From a virus (lineage: Duplodnaviria; Heunggongvirae; Uroviricota; Caudoviricetes): a stretch of DNA of 15,331 bases. The position numbers were made by a program, and so were the translations under genes. Shown here piece by piece: positions 12,999 to 15,331 of the stretch. The notes under the pieces were generated by a model. That model was not told the origin of the DNA and did not search any database. It saw only the letters and a program-made list of their open reading frames with translations. Every line of letters starts with the position of its first letter. Position 1 is the first letter of the stretch. The stretch spans positions 1 to 15,331 of IMG/VR virus record IMGVR_UViG_2617270976_000002; one strand, 5' to 3'.

Positions 12999-15331
12999 AT
13001 GAGTAAAGTCTTTATTTGCGCTGCTATTCCTGATGAACAGGCCATAAAAGAAGATAGCGCTGTTGCGGTGGCCACTGCCATTGAAGCTGGTGATGAGCGT
13101 CGCGCACGCGCAAAATTTCATTGGCAATTTCTGGAGCAATTCCCTGCAGCTCAGGACTGCGCTTATAAATTTATTGTCTGTGAGGATAAACCCGGCATAC
13201 CCCGCCCTGCCCTCGATTCCTGGGATGCTGAATATATGCAGGAAAACCGCTGGGATGAGGAGTCTGCTTCCTTTGTCCCGGTTGAGACTGAATCAGATCC
13301 GATGAACGTCACTTTTGACAAGCTGGTCCCTGAAGTACAGAACGCTGTCATGGTTAAGTTCGACACATGTGAAAACATCACCGTTGATATGGTTATTAGC
13401 GCACAGGAATTGTTGCAGGAAGACATGGCAACATTCGACGGACATATCGTTGAAGCGTTGATGAAAATGCCAGAAGTTAACGCCATGTATCCGGAGCTTA
13501 AGTTGCACGCCATTGGGTGGGTTAAGCATAAATGTATTCCTGGTGCTAAATGGCCCGAAATTCAGGCAGAGATGCGCATCTGGAAAAAACGTCGCGAAGG
13601 TGAACGCAAGGAAACCGGAAAATACACGTCTGTTGTTGATCTCGCCCGCGCCAGAGCCAATCAACAGTACACTGAAAATTCAACAGGAAAAATCAGCCCG
13701 GTCATTGCTGCCATTCATCGCGAATACAAGCAGACATGGAAAACACTGGATGACGAACTGGCCTACGCTCTCTGGCCTAGTGATGTGGATGCCGGAAACA
13801 TTGACGGCAGCATCCATCGCTGGGCAAAAAAAGAAGTTATCGACAACGACCGCGAAGACTGGAAGCGTATCTCGGCATCAATGCGCAAACAGCCTGATGC
13901 CCTTCGCTACGACCGCCAAACTATTTTTGGCCTTGTCCGTGAGCGTCCGATCGACATTCACAAAGATCCCGTAGCACTGAACAAATATATCTGCGAATAC
14001 CTGACGACAAAGGGCGTGTTTGAGAATGAAGAAACAGACCTGGGCACTGTTGATGTTCTCCAGTCATCAGAAACACAAACTGATGCAGTGGAAACTGAGG
14101 TATCTGATATCCCAAAAAATGAAACCGCGCCGGAAGCTGAACCATCTGTAGAGCGTGAGGGGCCGTTCTATTTCCTCTTCGCAGATAAGGACGGAGAAAA
14201 ATACGGTCGCGCAAACAAACTCTCTGGTCTGGATAAGGCACTGGCTGCTGGCGCCACTGAAATCACAAAAGAAGAATATTTTGCCCGAAAAAATGGCACA
14301 TACACGGGCTTACCGCAAAATGTAGATACCGCTGAAGATTCAGAACAACCAGAGCCGATAAAAGTTACCGCTGACGAAGTAAACAAAATTATGCAGGCAG
14401 CCAATATCAGCCAGCCTGACGCCGATAAGTTGCTTGCTGCATCACGTGGTGAATTTGTTGAAGGGATTAGTGACCCGAATGATCCGAAATGGGTTAAGGG
14501 GCTCCAGACCCGCGATTCTGTGAACCAGAACCAGCATGAATCGGAACGGAACTACCAAAAAGCGGAACAAAACAGTCCAAATGCGTTACAAAACGAGCCA
14601 GAAACGAAACAGCCTGAACCAGTAGCGCAACAGGAAGTGGAAAAAGTCTGCACCGCCTGCGGTCAGACCGGCGGCGGCAACTGCCCTGATTGTGGCGCGG
14701 TGATGGGCGACGCAACATACCAAGAAACATTCGATGAAGAGTATCAGGTTGAAGTTCAGGAAGATGATCCGGAGGAAATGGAAGGCGCTGAACATCCACA
14801 CAAGGAGAACACTGGCGGCAATCAGCATCACAATAGCGATAATGAAACTGGCGAGACGGCAGATCACCCAATTAAGGTGAACGGTCATCACGAAATCACA
14901 TCCACCAGCAGGACGTGTGACCATCTAATGATCGACCTTGAAACCATGGGAAAAAATCCTGATGCCCCGATCATCTCAATAGGTGCAATATTTTTCGATC
15001 CGCAAACCGGAGATATGGGACCGGAATTTAGTAAGACTATCGATCTGGAAACTGCTGGCGGAGTCATTGATCGGGACACCATTAAATGGTGGCTTAAGCA
15101 ATCACGCGAAGCGCAATCTGCCATTATGACCGATGAAATCCCGTTAGATGATGCACTGTTACAATTGCGGGAATTTATCGACGAAAACTCCGGTGAATTT
15201 TTTGTTCAGGTCTGGGGAAATGGAGCCAACTTCGACAACACGATTTTGCGCCGTTCATACGAACGGCAGGGGATCCCCTGCCCGTGGCGTTACTACAACG
15301 ATCGCGATGTACGCACAATCGTTGAGCTGGG
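12999..15331 (+). CDS. RecE/YdfE-like large early protein (exodeoxyribonuclease VIII-like), 3' end outside the window
   Basis: Hand-translated frame with ATG at 12999-13001 and GAGG RBS, open for at least 777 codons to the window edge. All ORF-track entries in 13063-15124 are short shadows in other frames. N-terminus MSKVFICAAIPDE… matches recalled Qin YdfE; …DADKLLAASRGEFVEGISDPNDPKWVKGLQTRD… matches a recalled RecE segment. The C-terminal part (…HLMIDLETMGKNPDAPIISIGAIFFD…) looks like a DEDD-type 3'-5' exonuclease. Confidence 0.8.
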   Translation, partial: MSKVFICAAIPDEQAIKEDSAVAVATAIEAGDERRARAKFHWQFLEQFPAAQDCAYKFIVCEDKPGIPRPALDSWDAEYMQENRWDEESASFVPVETESDPMNVTFDKLVPEVQNAVMVKFDTCENITVDMVISAQELLQEDMATFDGHIVEALMKMPEVNAMYPELKLHAIGWVKHKCIPGAKWPEIQAEMRIWKKRREGERKETGKYTSVVDLARARANQQYTENSTGKISPVIAAIHREYKQTWKTLDDELAYALWPSDVDAGNIDGSIHRWAKKEVIDNDREDWKRISASMRKQPDALRYDRQTIFGLVRERPIDIHKDPVALNKYICEYLTTKGVFENEETDLGTVDVLQSSETQTDAVETEVSDIPKNETAPEAEPSVEREGPFYFLFADKDGEKYGRANKLSGLDKALAAGATEITKEEYFARKNGTYTGLPQNVDTAEDSEQPEPIKVTADEVNKIMQAANISQPDADKLLAASRGEFVEGISDPNDPKWVKGLQTRDSVNQNQHESERNYQKAEQNSPNALQNEPETKQPEPVAQQEVEKVCTACGQTGGGNCPDCGAVMGDATYQETFDEEYQVEVQEDDPEEMEGAEHPHKENTGGNQHHNSDNETGETADHPIKVNGHHEITSTSRTCDHLMIDLETMGKNPDAPIISIGAIFFDPQTGDMGPEFSKTIDLETAGGVIDRDTIKWWLKQSREAQSAIMTDEIPLDDALLQLREFIDENSGEFFVQVWGNGANFDNTILRRSYERQGIPCPWRYYNDRDVRTIVEL

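Noticed and set aside
12939-13139. Minus-strand ORF 12939..13139 (66 aa)
   Set aside because: Antisense across the start of the large RecE/YdfE-like gene.
13063-15124. Nine ORF-track entries (13063..13305+, 13513..13974+, 13163..13513-, 13293..13664-, 13921..14241-, 14168..14404-, 14494..14871-, 14586..14924-, 14888..15124-)
   Set aside because: All lie inside the long open plus-strand frame starting at 12999, which has recognisable RecE/YdfE-like sequence. Their translations are low-complexity and look like shadow ORFs.
1-15331. tRNA, rRNA, integrase, attachment sites or insertion-sequence ends
   Set aside because: I found no cloverleaf-like segments, terminal inverted repeats or recombinase motifs by eye. 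A tRNA scan was not possible, so small RNA genes other than dicF cannot be fully excluded.

Overview
This window reads as the early/immunity region of a lambdoid, Qin-like enterobacterial prophage, laid out as a mirror image of the usual lambda map. All calls are from reading the sequence and from recalled family sequences; no database search was run. Coordinates of motifs I counted by hand may be off by 1-2 bp.

Minus strand (early-right operon, read from 9582 down to 47): Cro-like YdaS-type HTH protein, YdaT-like protein, O-like replication initiator with a DnaT-like C-terminal domain and two internal iteron arrays, lambda-P-like helicase loader, about ten small genes of unknown function, a mok/hok (HokD/RelF-like) toxin locus, a RusA-like resolvase that looks N-terminally short, a 231-aa putative Q-like antiterminator, two strong intrinsic terminators flanking a small winged-helix gene, and a DPPY N6-adenine methyltransferase.

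Plus strand (early-left operon, from 9690): DicA-like repressor, terminator, strong sigma70 promoter, ydfA-like gene, a 112-aa gene, the DicF sRNA, an rha gene with a structured leader, dicB, ydfD, and a large RecE/YdfE-like gene that runs off the window end (at least 777 codons, absent from the ORF track because it has no stop in the window).

Most worth a second look: the rha insertion and its terminator-containing leader between dicF and dicB; the two 10-11 bp phased CGTGAC iteron arrays inside the O-like gene; the hok locus with non-relBE neighbours; a duplicated gene-junction sequence in the cargo block; and two highly acidic small proteins. I could not assign any of the uncharacterised genes to a specific defence or anti-defence system from sequence alone.
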